Shown: positions 38,171 to 52,524 of the stretch, piece after piece
Numbering within the stretch: the stretch's first letter is position 1
How the letters are laid out: every line of letters starts with the position of its first letter
Notes under the pieces: model-generated
Told to the model about the DNA's origin: nothing
Database searches by the model: none
Seen by the model: only the letters and a program-made list of their open reading frames with translations
Position numbers and translations under genes: made by a program
Assembly (NCBI GenBank): GCA_951406725.2
Contig: OX597830.1
Location: 62,001 to 126,000 of the forward strand
Direction: 5' to 3'
Source: Octopus vulgaris
Lineage: Eukaryota
Length of the DNA stretch: 64,000 nt

Positions 38171-39965
38171 CATTCTACTCCTGGCTAACTTAATGTTTTT
38201 ACTATTAAGTCCAGCTATTATGGTAGCCATGTTTGGGAGAGTGGAATTTGAAATTCTTACTGATATCCTAGAAATTATTTTCTGATATTTATGGGAGGCT
38301 GGGAAATTTTTTTCCAGTATAGATTTAAATCCACTGTACACATTCGTCGAGATCGCACAATTGTGGGAAGGATTAGTGTTATCAGTATTCGTACGAGAAT
38401 TATTATTCCTTTTAGTACTATTTTTATGCCTATCGGGTTTACCTAGGTTAGCATTTTCATATTTATTTATGATCTGTTCCCTATTTTTATTCCTATAATT
38501 AGGTTTATACACTAGGTTCTTTTTCTCCATTAATTTACGTTTATGTGGGGTATGAGAGTTTATATTATGTCATTTACATTCACTTCATTATTTGGGAGAT
38601 TTGAGCTATCCATATCAAGAAAGGTGATTTCCTGGTCATATCCCGCCTTGGATAATGCGATATTGTAATGGTTAGAGTTAAAGATCTTACTATTTGATGA
38701 TTTTTTTGAAATTCTTTGGGAAATATTTTTAACTAATGATTTTAGTATATTCGGGGGTGATTAGATGACTTACTTACATATCTAGTGACTTCGCCCTCCT
38801 TTCTAAATGGGTAATGTAACTTTGAATTTAGGTCTAAAGTAACGTCTAGGAAATTAACTATCTTAGTGTTAGGTTCATAAGTAATGCCTAGGTTAGAATC
38901 TTGGAAAAATTTGCTAATTTTCTTTTTTTATCCTCTCAATACTTGATTTACTATTGCTAGGTACAACAAACAAAGCATCATCCCTATATAGACCACCTTG
39001 TAACTCAGGGATATCTCTGTTTATGCATTTTAATAAGTATGCTCCCACCAGATTCGTTATCTCCGCTGAGTCACTAGAGCCCATAGGTATATCAAAATTA
39101 TTAGGGGTATCCGCCCTAGTCCATAATTTACCTTCAAATTCGATAATAGTTTTTCTAGCTAATAGGATGATGTCAATTTCCTCCCTATACTAGAATAGTA
39201 ATTGTTAATATCAAATTGGATAAAAGAAATTTTATTAGTGTTATCTAGAGATTTAAACCAATTTATCACTTCATCTGTATTAATCCAGGGGAGATTTATA
39301 CGGGGTAGAATATTGTCCAAAATAAATTTGCTAAGTCGGCCAATGTCCGACTTAGTTGGACATATGAATATTACCGAAGGGCTTTCGGAGAAATTTTTCT
39401 TATGGTCCTTAAGATTAATCCTAGGTTCACGTGGTTTTAGAGGCTCCGTTCTATCGGTCAGATCGTAATTCACCATAACTTTTTTGATTTCTAACTTGAT
39501 CTCTCTCAGGTTTTTCTTAGTTGTTACTTTATACCTTAAGTTTAGTTCCTTTCTAATGTGTTTGCTGTAAGTCGCATAATCCATTCTGTAAAGGTTTCCA
39601 GTTTTGTCGGCTGGGACTAGGATGCCCTGTTTATCTTGGATAGATTTAATGAAATCCTTTAGATGTCTAAGGTGTGGATTGTATCTTAGTGGATGTTCCT
39701 TGAATTTTATATTTGCGATAAGGTCCAGTAGATCCTTTTCAAAGCTTTCAAGCTTTCAAGAGGTGGGCTCTTACTACTTCTAAAAATCTTTTTGTAGCGA
39801 TTATCCAGGTGTAGTACGAAACGATTGTACCAATTTACCGAAGTCATTCTTGTTGCTTATTTTGATTATAATCACCCCACAAATTTTTATGGATAACACC
39901 ATACAGAATTCTGGTGAATCTAAATTAAGTACCATATTCATTCGAATCTAAATTTTTGCTGAACT

Positions 39966-40037
<72 letters not shown>

Positions 40038-40127
40038 TATGTATGTGTATATATGTATAGATATGTATGTGTATATATGTATGTATAGATATGTATGTGA
40101 ATATTTATATATGTATAAATATGAATG

Positions 40128-40163
<36 letters not shown>

Positions 40164-40220
40164 GATATGTATGTGTATTTATATGCGTGTATATATATAT
40201 GTATATAAATATATATATAT
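39966..40220. repeat. (TA)n/(TATG)n microsatellite
   Basis: Direct reading. Confidence 0.95.
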
Positions 40221-41464
40221 TTGATTTTTCCATTGTCCTTCTTTGAAAAGAAAGTTTAAATGTATTAGGAAGCAATTGTTGTCTGACCAGGTTGTTAAAA
40301 TTTCTAATACAACAAGCAAAATATTTGAAAGAAGGGATTTGAAAAAGTAAAAGATGGTAAGTTTCTCAGAAATAATCTGAAAGGGTCAAAGTTTTAATAT
40401 TCTATGCAAGAAAGTATGGTTTTATTCAATTTTGCCAGCGGAATAGGTCGAAACAATGAAAAGAGAAACAAATTAGTGGTCCGCTCAGTCAAACAGCTTA
40501 TCAAAGACAGAGAGGAAAACTGGTTGCAGAATTCTCTGCACAGAAAGCAATACAAATCAGACAAAAAAAAAAAAAGCTCTCAAGCCATTCTCATTGACCA
40601 GAAAGATAAACTATTTGTTTCCTGGGAATTTTTCTTGTGCATGAAAAGAAAGAAAATTTGTTCTCTTCTTTGTTTACACAATTATGAAAGTATGAACATT
40701 AACAAATAAAAAAGAAATATAGTTTGTGCGATCAAATCAAACTCTGTTCTTTGTTATTTGTCTTTCTCTTTCCCCATTCTAAATATTCGTGCAACTTTCC
40801 AGTTTCGTTGTCATATCCGACAACACTCCTCAGATAATATTAAAATATTAATACCAGAACACAAAAAAAAGCCACAAAAAAAAATATACTACATAAAATG
40901 ATTTAGCTCTCCTTCGAGCCTTCATTCGAAATTATGATTGTTCCCTCTTTCGTTCTCTCTTCAAAGTCTTATTTTAATTTGTATGGTAGTTTTTTTATAA
41001 CCACTAAAACGTGTATCTACAACTTTGAGAGATTGCTCTAGTTGTCTTGGCAGTAATTTGGGTGAAAGAAAGAAAAAGGCAAAAATGAATGACTCCTAAT
41101 ATTTCATACCGAAGTATACAAGAATTATAACTTGGTCTCTACATCAAAGGAAACAATCTGTAAAGAAGGCTAGGTGATCGATATCTGAATTCTATTAGAA
41201 TATATTTGTTTTATGACTTAACTAATTACCAACGAACCATATGTATAATTTGTAAACGAATGTTTTTTTCCAAGATTACACCAGTTGATCTCTCTACTTT
41301 CATATTGTAAAGAAATATAAACAATACTGATGTTACTTCTTTATTTCTTCCTTGATTTTGTTTCGTGCTTTCGCTCAATTGTAGATATTCAGTAATTTGA
41401 GTGAAAAAAATGCATGACAAAATAATAATTCTTTCTACTAGATGCATAAGGACTGAAATTTTGA

Positions 41465-41800
41465 GGGAAGAGCTTGTCGATTGCATCGACCACAGAGCTT
41501 ATCTGGTACTAATTTTATCGACCCCATAAGGCAAAGACGAACTCAGCGGAATTTGAACTCAGGATATAAACCCAAAGGAATTTCGTTCAGCATTTTGTCC
41601 TACTTACTAACCATTCTGCCAGCTCACCGCCTTTTTTGAAAACAATAATAATAACCATTTCAAATTATGGTATAAGGTCAGCAATTCCGTGGGATGGGGA
41701 AGTCGATTACATTGACCTCAGTGCTCAACTGGTACATATTTTATTGACTCGGAAAGGACGAAAGGCAATGTCGACTTCGTCGGAATTTGAACTCAGATCA
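41465..41800 (-). mobile_element. Two adjacent copies of tRNA-derived SINE family B (41465-41631; ~41670-41800)
   Basis: On -: GGCGGTGAGCTGGCAGAATGG (A box), GAGTTCAAATTCCG (B box), GGGGTCGATAAAATTAGTACCAG. Further degenerate copies at ~25600-25760 and ~53800-53920. Confidence 0.8.
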
Positions 41801-41934
41801 AAAGAATAAAGCGAAAGCTGCCAAGATGAAGCGATACAACAACAAAATTGTTCAGTTTAGGTAAAAATTGTTCGAAATTTCGGTGAACATATCATCTAAC
41901 ATGCCAGATCGGTGATATACCATCTAACAAGAAT

Positions 41935-42308
41935 TCCGAAGAAACATTTGGAGGCAAGAAGTGAAACACAACGGTGATGCAGAATGGTTAGAACAGATAA
42001 AGACAAATAATGCAGATTTGCCGAAACAGAGAAACAAGAAATCACAGAAGAAAATTGAAAAAATGTCTTGAAAAGGATGCCAAACTCGAAGTGTTCTGGA
42101 CCAGATTTGATCCAGGAATTTTTGCTAAAACAAATCACTGTGCTTCATGATAGAATGAGCTAAATAGTTGTTTTGAGACAGGAAGTATTACTGAATAGAT
42201 GACAAAAGACAAGACAGCATTGATATTGAAAGATCATGAGAAAGGAAATATAGCAAGTAACTACCGACTAATAACTTGCCTTCTATTGAAGTTGTTGACT
42301 GGTATTAC
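41935..42308 (+). mobile_element. R4/Dong-clade LINE RT N-terminal fragment
   Basis: LKRMPNSKCSGPDLIQEFLLKQITVLHDR...MTKDKTALILKDHEKGNIASNYRLITCL. Confidence 0.8.
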
Positions 42309-42592
42309 TACAAATGATGTTTGTATATGTGTGTGTAATTATATATAAGATCCAAGGATCTAAGTATAGATCTAAGTATAGGAAGTTTGTAACCTTCGAG
42401 CAGTCCGTAGTAGGCATAATAACAACGTTCAATAACGTTCAGGAACAATGATAATTTATTGGCGTCGAAGATTGTGAGATCTTCCCATATCGAAGTAAGA
42501 GAAGCTGAAAAAAAGATTTTATAGTTCACGGTTAGCAACTTGAGTTGCTATGAATACGAATAAAGATCTTAATTGGGGGAGTTGAGAAGATA

Positions 42593-42875
42593 AAATCCCG
42601 GCTACATATGTTTCTTAGATAACAAATCATCTGATGTAATAATTACTCAACTAGATGTACTCAGCTAACTATTCATCAGGCCGAAGATATCTTAATTACA
42701 TGAAGGTTCATTGTTATTAAGGAACATCAAGTTACAATGGGATTTCTTAACGGCAATCTAATCTTCATATAATTAAGGTATCTTCGGTCTGATGAGTAGC
42801 TAGCTGAATACCTGTAGATAAGTAATTATCACATCAGAGGATCTGCCAGTTAGGGAATATATGTAGCCTGGATTT
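42593..42875. mobile_element. Foldback/MITE-like imperfect palindrome (~280 bp)
   Basis: AAATCCCGGCTACATAT...TTCATCAGGCCGAAGATATCTTAATTACATGAAG mirrored by CTTCATATAATTAAGGTATCTTCGGTCTGATGA...ATATGTAGCCTGGATTT. Confidence 0.75.
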
Positions 42876-43157
42876 ACCTGCTCAGCTCTGTCAATTTGTG
42901 TATATATATATATGAGTGTGTGTGTGATGTATGTGTGTGTATGCGTATACACACACACACACACACATATATATAAGTTGTGTATGAAACTGGTGACACC
43001 CAGGCCTGTAAGCAGAGTAACAGTAGCAACGGCTCATCTAACAACATCGACGGCAGTGACAGCAGCGACAGAAACACCAACACCGATGACATCGACCGCG
43101 TCAACAATACTAGCGCCACAACCGGGGATAACGACAACGCCAACACCGGTGAAGCTA

Positions 43158-44088
43158 CTAGGTCATCAAGAATGAAATTTGTAGTAAAGTATATGGTAAA
43201 ATTTGACAGCTGCACATTCTACGCCATTAGTATATTTTGATAGTATTTATGTTTTGTTAGAAAGCTGACACATCTATCTCTTTATTCTAACTCATTTGTC
43301 GCTTTATGAAGTATTTATAAATCGTTTTTCGCTATTTTTCTTTAGAGATGGATAAGTCAGAAATTCGTAGTGCTTTGAAATATGAGTTCTTTCTTGGAAA
43401 TACAGCATTACAGACAGCTCGGAATATTAATAGAGTATTTCATTCTAATGTTATTACACAGTAGACATTATCAAATTGGTTTGCAAAATTTCGTTCTGGT
43501 AGCTTTCACCTCACAAATGAGCGACCAGACACAAAGGTGGATAATGACGAACTGAAATCCACCGTCGAGTCAGATCCATCTCAAAGTGCTCGTGAATTAT
43601 CGTTGTTGTTTGGTGTTAGCACGCAAACAATATTGACTCACCTAGTTCAAATCGGTTAAGTGAAAATTTGGATTCAATTATTCTACTTTCTCGTCACAAA
43701 AATGAATAATTTTTTAATCGAATTGTAACATGCGATGAGAAATAGATCCAATACAATGGTTGGACAAAGACGTTAAAAGAAGCTGATGGTGTGTGTTTGG
43801 TGATCTGGCGCAAGCGTGATCCATTATGATTTCATTAAACCTGGCTCATCAATCACGGCCAAAGTATACTGCAGTCAACTGAACCAAATGATGCAGAAAC
43901 TTACAAAAAATCAGCCTAGATTAGTCAACAGAAATACTCCTATTTTATTGAAAAGGTCAACGCCTGACCACAAATCGCAAAAATGACATTGGCGAAACTA
44001 CAGGAGTTGAAGGTTCTCTATCATCTACCATACTCACCTGATCTTGCCCCCACTGACTACCACTTCTTCCAGAATTTGGATAACTTTT
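43158..44088 (+). mobile_element. Degenerate mariner transposon, 3'-truncated
   Basis: ATG at 43348: MDKSEIR..KYEF...WFAKFRSG, RIVTCDEK, KKLMVCVW, HLPYSPDLAPTDYHFF (mariner YSPDLAP motif). Stops and deletions present. Confidence 0.92.
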
Positions 44089-44091
44089 CCT

Positions 44092-44858
44092 TTACCTGTT
44101 CAAATCGTCCACCTCACAGAAAGCTCTCACGAAACAAAGGAAAACATGCAGCATGTTTCAAATTAGTCACATGATGGATAACGTTATTTCTCTTTCGTAA
44201 CACTACCCCTCCCTAGACTTTGTCGACCCGACAAAAGCAATCCTTCTACGCGTGTTGCACTGTATCTCATCCCGTTTGTTGTTTGTCTGCAAGATATTTG
44301 CCTTTAGATCGTTAATTTCCTGGATCAACTGAAATTTACTTTCCGACAGTCGGCTGTTGTTACTGTTCAGTGAAGACATTTGCTCTTTTAGTTTTTCATT
44401 TTCTTTCATTAAAAGATTTATTTTCTGGTTCAAGCTTTCCCTGTTACGTTCCTACTGGTGTTCAAATTTGTCAAGCTTACTCTCAGAGGCATATTCAGAT
44501 CTGAACTCTTGTTAAGCGCCGTGTAAGTTTTTCTTTGACTTCTTTAGACTCCTCTACAAAGTTTTGACGAAAAGTTTGCAATTCTGACTCAACATTTCTT
44601 TTATCTCACAAGACATATTTCCATATTGACTTCTTTCTCAGAATGTTCCATTTCTAGAAAATAACCCTTTTCATTTAGTTTTACAATCCTGACATTTGGA
44701 ATAGATTTCACATCATCTACCTCTTTTCTAGTTACTTTGCCCACATCAACGAATTTCTGTAAATGACTGATCTGTTCTTGTTTTTGAGCGGAAATTACTT
44801 TGGTTAAATCTTTATCTAGAATTGCATTTCCCATAATTTGTTGAGCATTTTCCCTACC
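44092..44858 (-). pseudogene. Disrupted coiled-coil-like coding fragment of unknown origin
   Basis: E/K/Q/L-rich heptad-like translation (NQKINLLMKENEKLKEQMSSLNSNNSRLSESKFQLIQEINDLKANI) with stops and frameshifts; no family recognised. Confidence 0.45.
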
Positions 44859-46250
44859 TTCCACCAGATCCGTGCATCTAAGGTCTAGGTCTCCTGCAGA
44901 GAACACATCAGCATATCTTTCTTGCAGCTGCCTCAACCGCAACACTTGAGCGTCATCTAAACACTGACAACTCCGTGCAAACAGGTTTTCTAAATACACT
45001 GGCAGACCTCCCATTTCCTCCGACTTCACTCCCATTGCAGGTACGCCGCCGACACTTCCTGGTCCACTGCCTCGCACAGTCCCAAAATTTGTCCTTTGCG
45101 TATCTTCTGTGACTCCCGTGAGAAATTGGTAGCCACAACCAGCATCTCATCAGCACCTGCCTCCACCAGGGTTCACCCCACCATCACTCCAGCCTTCATC
45201 TTGCACTGTCTGTCGGGCTTCACCCTTCCCAAACAGCTATCAAATGAGGCACTCATACTACACTGGAACAGTAGTCCCGATCTCAGTGAGATCACCTGTC
45301 GTCCATAACGCTTTCACCTCATCACCAGCAGTGGTCCGCTTTACTACCTTCACAAAGACTTATCTTCTTTGCATCCAAATCTTCATAAAGCAGAAGTCCA
45401 GCTGATATCCCAAGAAACAAGGATCTTCCATCTCCACTACGTAGACAGGAAGCACGACCGATTGCCCTGCAACTTTAATCGAGACATCAACCGGTTCTCT
45501 CAGTTCAGTACAGTGCCCAGTAACACCACGCAACTGCTGTGATGACTCTGGCAGGTCTCGATTCTGTAACACCTCGGGCCTCACAAAAGTCTGCACCTAA
45601 ACCGAATCAATCACAAGAGGACACTTCTGGCCGTCAATCCTCCTATCCACTTGTATTCTGTCAATCACAGTCCTTTTGTATCTTCTCGGAGGTGGAGCTT
45701 AGTTGGAATATTCGGCTGGCAGTTGCTCCTTAACACCAGCCTCATCTAGTTTTCCGACTCTCCTTTATCTTCTTACTTTTCTTTCTTGCAGGGCTGTCAA
45801 AACTCAGATGTCCCTTTTCACTGCATGTCCAGCACTCCTAAACGTGAACTTTTCACTATCATTCTGCTTTCTTTTCAGGCTGGAACATTCTTGCTTCTTG
45901 TGCCCTGGCTTCCTACAGAGCCAGCAACTTCCTCCAGCCGTCACTTGTTCCTTCTCTTTTATGTCCTATTTTCTCGCAGTACCAACAACTTTCATTAAGT
46001 CTTCCTGCTTCACGTACTTTCTCCGTTTTTGCTTTGAATCCGGTATTGTAGCCCACCTGGAAACTTCCTGTGATATCACTCAAGTTCCAGAGCTCCAGCC
46101 AGTGCCTCTTGCATAGTTTTCGGTTATGCCTGTTTCAGTTGAACTTTGAGGTGTTGTTCCTCTTGCTACACTTTTTACTGTTTGTTTATGCTGCCATCTT
46201 CACGCTCCGCGTTCATTCTTTACATCACCGACTACCCACTCCGCGTTCTT
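44859..46250 (-). mobile_element. Degenerate Gypsy gag (zinc knuckle), protease and pre-RT region
   Basis: CWLCRKPGHKKQEC (CX2CX4HX4C, ~45890-45930); QLRGVTGHCT...LPVYVVEMEDPCFLG (retropepsin-like); ERYADVFSAGDLDLRCTDLVE (sequence preceding RT). Confidence 0.8.
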
Positions 46251-46254
46251 TACG

Positions 46255-46287
<33 letters not shown>

Positions 46288-47999
46288 TGTAAAGATATCA
46301 ACACAATATTATTCATTAGATTTATGTCAATTTGTGTACGTTAAAAAAACATGCAGTATAAATATTATGATTATGGTGTCATTGGATTTACTTCCTTCTT
46401 TGGCTTTTAGGTGGAAACTATGACATGAGATTCCTACGATTCTATGACACGTTACTGAAATTCGTATCATTAAATCAATATTCAGTGTATTATTGTGGCA
46501 CTCAGACTTATCTTACGAAAGACTATTAATCTAGCAATATTAGCTTACTTCATACCAACGTCATTCAAAAGAAATCATGAAATCTAATATTGATTGCAGC
46601 TTGAGAAGTGTTCTGAAAACGTTCAGAAAATTTTGATGAGCTAAGATGACGGGATTTCTCTCGGATTGGAGCAAAATCTTCCAGGAATCCGATTTTTATG
46701 AGCTAATATGACGGAATTTCTTTCGGATTGGAGCAAAATCTTCCAGGGATCCGCTGTCAGTTTGATAAGATCACTAGTGACTTTTAGGATTTTAGAGAAA
46801 GAAATATTAGAATTGAATTTAGTATTTGATTTTCAGCTAGCAGAATGGATTAAAGCAATGACCAACAAGAGTCCCATATCATCCATCAGTTTCGGAAAGT
46901 TACCACACAGATTCCAACTAAAAACAAAGAAAAATTTTATGTTCTTAAAAAGGTATACACTTCGTTTCAAACTATATATTCTCTGATCATCATCAGATGT
47001 CCTAATATCGCATCCAAAACCTGGGTTTGTGTGAATGTGTTTGTGTTTACATGCATCTTGGTTGTGTATGTGTGTGTTTATGTGCGTATGCATCACGGGT
47101 TTCTCTGTGCAGTTTCTCTCTCATTCGTGTATTGATCTCTGTGTACTTACGTAGTATATATGAGCATGTGTGGCGGAGGTGCGTGTATGTGTGTATGTAC
47201 GTGCCTGCGTCTACTACATCTGTGTGAAAAGGCACCGTGTTCATGAATGAGTGTACATGCATGTGCAACTGTGAGCAAGTGTAGTTATCTTTCAGTGTGT
47301 ATATACGTGTGAGATTGTGTGTGTTTATGTTGTGTATGTGCTTCTACCCGTGTTCTTCGGTCCTCGCACATGCATATCCTTTTCCCTTACCCAACTTTTC
47401 TATTTTCCTCGTTTACTTTCCACAGAACCTAGCAAAAATGCATTATATTGCCAGTCAATGGCGTATGCATGCTTGTTCAGTAATACCTAAGTGACCTATT
47501 TCTCTGTTAAAAATAGATCTGAAATATCCCTGAAATCCCATTCTGATGCGCCAGACGAAACGGAAGGACATTTTGGATAATAAATTGGATAATAAATTCC
47601 CATATGCATTCCGTTCATTTTTCTCATGTGCCTCTTAAAAATACATTTTCGTTTCAAATACAAGCTAAAATACAGCTAAAGGAATAAATCATTCATCCAA
47701 TAAATAAAAAAAAAACACCTCTTCCCTTTAGTGTAAATTACAAATTTTATAAGTTTTCCTCTTATTTTGTGATTAAAATTTTGCAGTTAAGTGATAATTT
47801 GTTAAATTTACTCATAAATAAATTTTTGGGCCCAGTGGATTTTAATTCCTTGTTACTTTCTGAGTGTATTGACACGTTTCTGAAGCATATACCAATTTAC
47901 ATATTAAACGCATTCCTGGAACTGGTTTCTGAAGCATATACCAATTTACATATTAAACGCATTCCTGGAACTGGTATGTAAATACTAATGATTTGTAGG

Positions 48000-48610
48000 T
48001 ACGTGGCATTTCTTATAGTCTATCAAGGCTACTGACAGGTTCTTTTGTTGTTTGTGACAATCTTTCAGAATCATCTTATTAATGAGAAGCTGGTCTTTAC
48101 AACGGCTCATTAGGGAAGATACCACTTTCTGTTATAAAGTTATAAGTGTATTCAGTCAAGACTGATGTTAGTATTTTATACATGGTTGTTAAGCTGGTTA
48201 TGGGTCTATAGTTATTTTTACTCATTTGTCTCTCCATTTTTCGGAAGAAGAAATGTAACACCATTAAGCAGCGAAAAGGGCATCATATTAGGTTGCTACA
48301 AAACATTGTTGTAAATTCTTATCAGCAGTTCATGACTTTCTGACAAAACATTCAACAAGAAGTTAGGAATTTATCCTTTCCTGGAGACTTCCATTTACTT
48401 GATTTTCTGAGAGCAGATCCTACATACTCTACTTTGATACCCTCCCACTTTTGCTCTTCTAAAGAGGCTGTATTACTAGATACTCTAGATACAATAAAAA
48501 GGGGTCTTTTTATTGTACGGGTTTTCTTCTGACCAAATTTTACTCCAAAATTCATGCACTTCTTTTGATGTAACTGATATTTTATCCTCTGGTAAAAACG
48601 TTTTGAATTA
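48000..48610 (-). mobile_element. R4/Dong-clade LINE RT fragment
   Basis: ALRKSSKWKSPGKDK...NYRPITSLTTMYKILTSVL...CKDQLLINKMIL...LSVALIDYKK. Confidence 0.85.
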
Positions 48611-51600
48611 TTTTTAAACGTTGTCCCAGAAGAACCTTGCGCGCTTTTCATACCGTGCATATTCCATATAGACTTATAGAGGTCTTTTGGATGTGAACAT
48701 CTCTTTCAAACCCAGAGAAAAGCGGAATATCTATGGACAACTGCTTCGAAACCTGCTGCTCTTCTATCCTCGTTATGAATTCACTTTGATGCCAACACTC
48801 ATGGTTGCTTTTCACATGTCAGTAATTGTTTAAATGAGAATCTAGAAAAGCTAACATTTCCCGGCAAATATACTCACTCAGGCAGCAGCGGGGGTAACGA
48901 CGACAGTGACGGCGGCGGCGTTGGTGGTTGATGGCGAAGAGGAAGAACAGAGATGAATGTCACCCATATTTTGGTGAATGAACAAAACCTTAACTTCTTG
49001 TTTTATGTTTATTTTGCTGGAAACTAACAAAAAACTAAAAACTACAAATCAAAGACTTCAAACAAGATATGGATGATATAATAAAATATCTCCAATAGAA
49101 CAAAGATGTAACTTTTAACTGGATATATCTAAAATATAAAATTCATTATTATTTATATTATTATATGTTAGAATTTCCTGTCTGTCATTCGATCATTGTA
49201 TAAATCTGTGCAGAATGCTGTATTTCATTGCAACTTGTTGTCCGTAAAAGACAATACGTTGTGTTAATTGATGCCATTTTCTTGGGCATCATTGGTCTGT
49301 GGCAGGAAATTTAATTCAAAGATGGAAAATTAAACCTGATCAAACCGGCCATGAGTGTTAAATCGACTGACAGAAATGTCAAATCAGTAGTGAGAGAGAG
49401 GGAGAGAGAGAAAGAGAAAGAGAGAGAAGGAGAGAAAGAATGAACGAGGCGAGGTGGTAGTAGTAGTAGTAGTTGTTGTAATAGTAGCAGATAGTCTTCT
49501 TTAAACAGTTAAGGATTTGACAAGAGTGAGAAAGAGAGAAGGCGAAGCTGTGAAGTTAGCTCAATAGTTTTGATTCAGTCATGTGTACAACAGTGTTTAA
49601 TTACCTGAACATTTTTACGTGAAAAATGTCCAAGAATCTTTCAACTTAAATTCAAATCTTCTGGCTCCAAATGGCAAAAATTTGAGTAGGAAGATGAACT
49701 ACACAAAATGAATATAGACGTTCAATACAGCTTATCGTCCACTACAGCCTATTTGTCACGTTCCTTTCCGTTCTGATTTCAAATCCCATTATTGTTGATG
49801 TACTCTTTCATCCTTCTGCGGTGTTTTGTATAGCCCCAGGTCAGGCTTGGCTAAGCAGGCTCATGTTTCGAAAGTACTCCCACTTTGATCATTCCATCGT
49901 TTTACATACTTAGAACAAGATTGTACAATGTTGCCGTTTGCTAATTCTAGTGGTTCAGGCTAACTCAGGGTTCATTACTGACATATCAGTCATATTGGAT
50001 ATTAATCAATCAACCATTTCACTCCTCCAGTAATAATAAAGTGCCTCATTGAAGATCTTTTTGTTGAAAGTGAGCGTCTATGCAATCTCTTTACTTGATA
50101 GAAATGGAAGCGAAGAGTCCCACAAATGGTAATTGTTGTGTTAAACAAGAATGAAATATGGGTGACATTTTTCTGCAAAAACTCAATATTTGGGGGAGGA
50201 TCATGGCTTAAAACCTTTGATCATAGATCTGTATACTGAAACTGATTTGAAGCTAAACAACATCAGGAAAAAAAAACAGCTATTGGGTAGCTTTTAGATG
50301 AATCTCATCTGCTACAGAACCAGGCCTCTACTGTGAAAGTAAATTCTTTCCCTCTGTACTTCTTTTTCTTTTCTTTTGCAGATTTAGCTTCTTCAGTGAA
50401 CAGATAAACATATGATCTTAGATCTTTATTTTCATTCGATAGTTCGTTTATGTTTCGTGGAATCTATTTTGAAACATTTCCTCTGAAAAAACAGTCTTTT
50501 TTTTTTTACAGTGTCTCCATTATTCATGGGCTGAAAGGAGGAAATTATTTTCCCCAAATTCTCTAACAGAGACATTCTAGAACCAACTAGAACAGTTAAT
50601 GTAACTAACGAATTATGACTACTACTCCAGTAATTAGAAGGCAAAAATCAGCGAACACTAATGATATTCGAGATATCATTCTCATTATAGATGCAAAGAT
50701 GTGCAAAGTGCGTACCTCACCTACCTGGAGTAAATAGCATCTCTGGAAGAAACGTTCTAGAAGAAACGTCTGTTTCAATTCGATCATTTGCATATTCTTC
50801 GCTCGAATGATGACCACAGTCAAGAAGTTCAATTTGAATATTTTTTGAAACCCCCAAATCAACATCGAAGGGAGTTCTCAGGACATCAGACATCAAAAAG
50901 AAAAATCCTAATTGGTTTCAGGAGTGATAATGAGATACAGCCTCTACTGGAAAAGAACTTCATGGTCTTAAAGAATGTGTTCGCGCGCCAATAACAATTC
51001 CAATGAAAGAACCGGGGCTAGAAAGCAGGAATTTCTCTCTCTATTAGTGGACAATTTGAAAATATGAGGACATGCAGGCATAACCACTCATATAGATATA
51101 CATATTCCGTGCTTAAACAGTAGCTTGGCCAGAATTATTATACAAATGAATCATTATGTATATATGTATGTATTTAAATATGCATTTAAATGTGTCACTG
51201 TAGATTTTTGTGTAGACGTCTACGTGTATATGTGTTTGTGTATACGTGTGTAGCGATGTCTCTGTGTATGTTGTTCTGTGTATCTCTCACACATACGTGT
51301 GTGTGTGTGTGTAAGTGACTCTAAGTGTGTGTGTGTGTGTGTGTGTGCCTCTGTGTGCGTTTTACGTGTGTGTAGGTGCGCGTCACCTTGCGGGCGATTG
51401 TGCGTTTGTGGTTATCTATGTAATCTTTGACGAGACAATTGCTTACGCAGTCAGGAATAATTTTATCGCTACAGATTCGTAATAATTCCTCGAATAGAGA
51501 TACAAACCTAATAGCTGTAATGTGTCTCTTCACTTCGCCAGTTAAGCATGTCTTAGTTTTACTATAGGAGAGAATTCTACCATTTGAGAATCGGCTAAAA

Positions 51601-52524
51601 ATTCATTGTATACTCTACACACCCGATTCAGTAATTCCCAATTCCCTTATTTCATTTCTAATACAACACTTCGAAAATAATCTAACTATTCTTTTGCCAT
51701 TTTGGTTCAAGACCTTTGGAAATTTATCGATTTACAATAATTTTTACATGGCAAAATATTTTAGTGTAAGTAGAGAGAGATTTTTGGGAGGTGAGGATAG
51801 GTAGTCACGGTTCGATTTTCAGTGGTAGTTTTTTCTCTTACTATTGCCATAAAATGTTATCTATGGAAGAGAATGACTTGAACAATGTAGTTTACTTCCT
51901 GGAAATTAACTAAAGCGGACCTTCTAGAATATTTCTTGCACTGCTTGGAGTAGCAGCTAAATTTCCTTCATATTACCGTTCTAAAAGATTGGAAGAATAC
52001 AATGAATAATAGTAAATGTGAAATGCATGAAAAAACATTATTGGCACGGCTCCAAGGGTTTGGATCATAGGTTGACTTCCCCAGGATTGAGCTGGAGCTA
52101 AACAACAACAACAACAGCAACAATGAGTGGTCAAGCTGTTCGTATATTGTCACTTGTAGTTTGACTACATTTGGGAATAAATTGAAGAAACGGTTCTTGG
52201 TGACTCAGATTTTTTATCCAAATCCAGAGATATTCACGTCACTGAATAAGAATATGACTTTCGTTTGTTTCTAGTAACTCTGGTTTTTGAGATAATGTAC
52301 TTATCAATAAATGTACCTCTCATGCACGTGTTCCCATGGAATGCCAATAACATTACACGGCATTGTCATTTAATTGCTCTCTGATTGTCTTTTTTTTTCT
52401 TTTTACATCCATCTATCTTAATCTACTACTTTTATGCTCTTTTCAACTGCAGTTGATCTGCTTAATCTACTTGCACTATTTTCATGCTTCTTTTCAACTG
52501 CAATTGATAATGTGGTTTACATAT

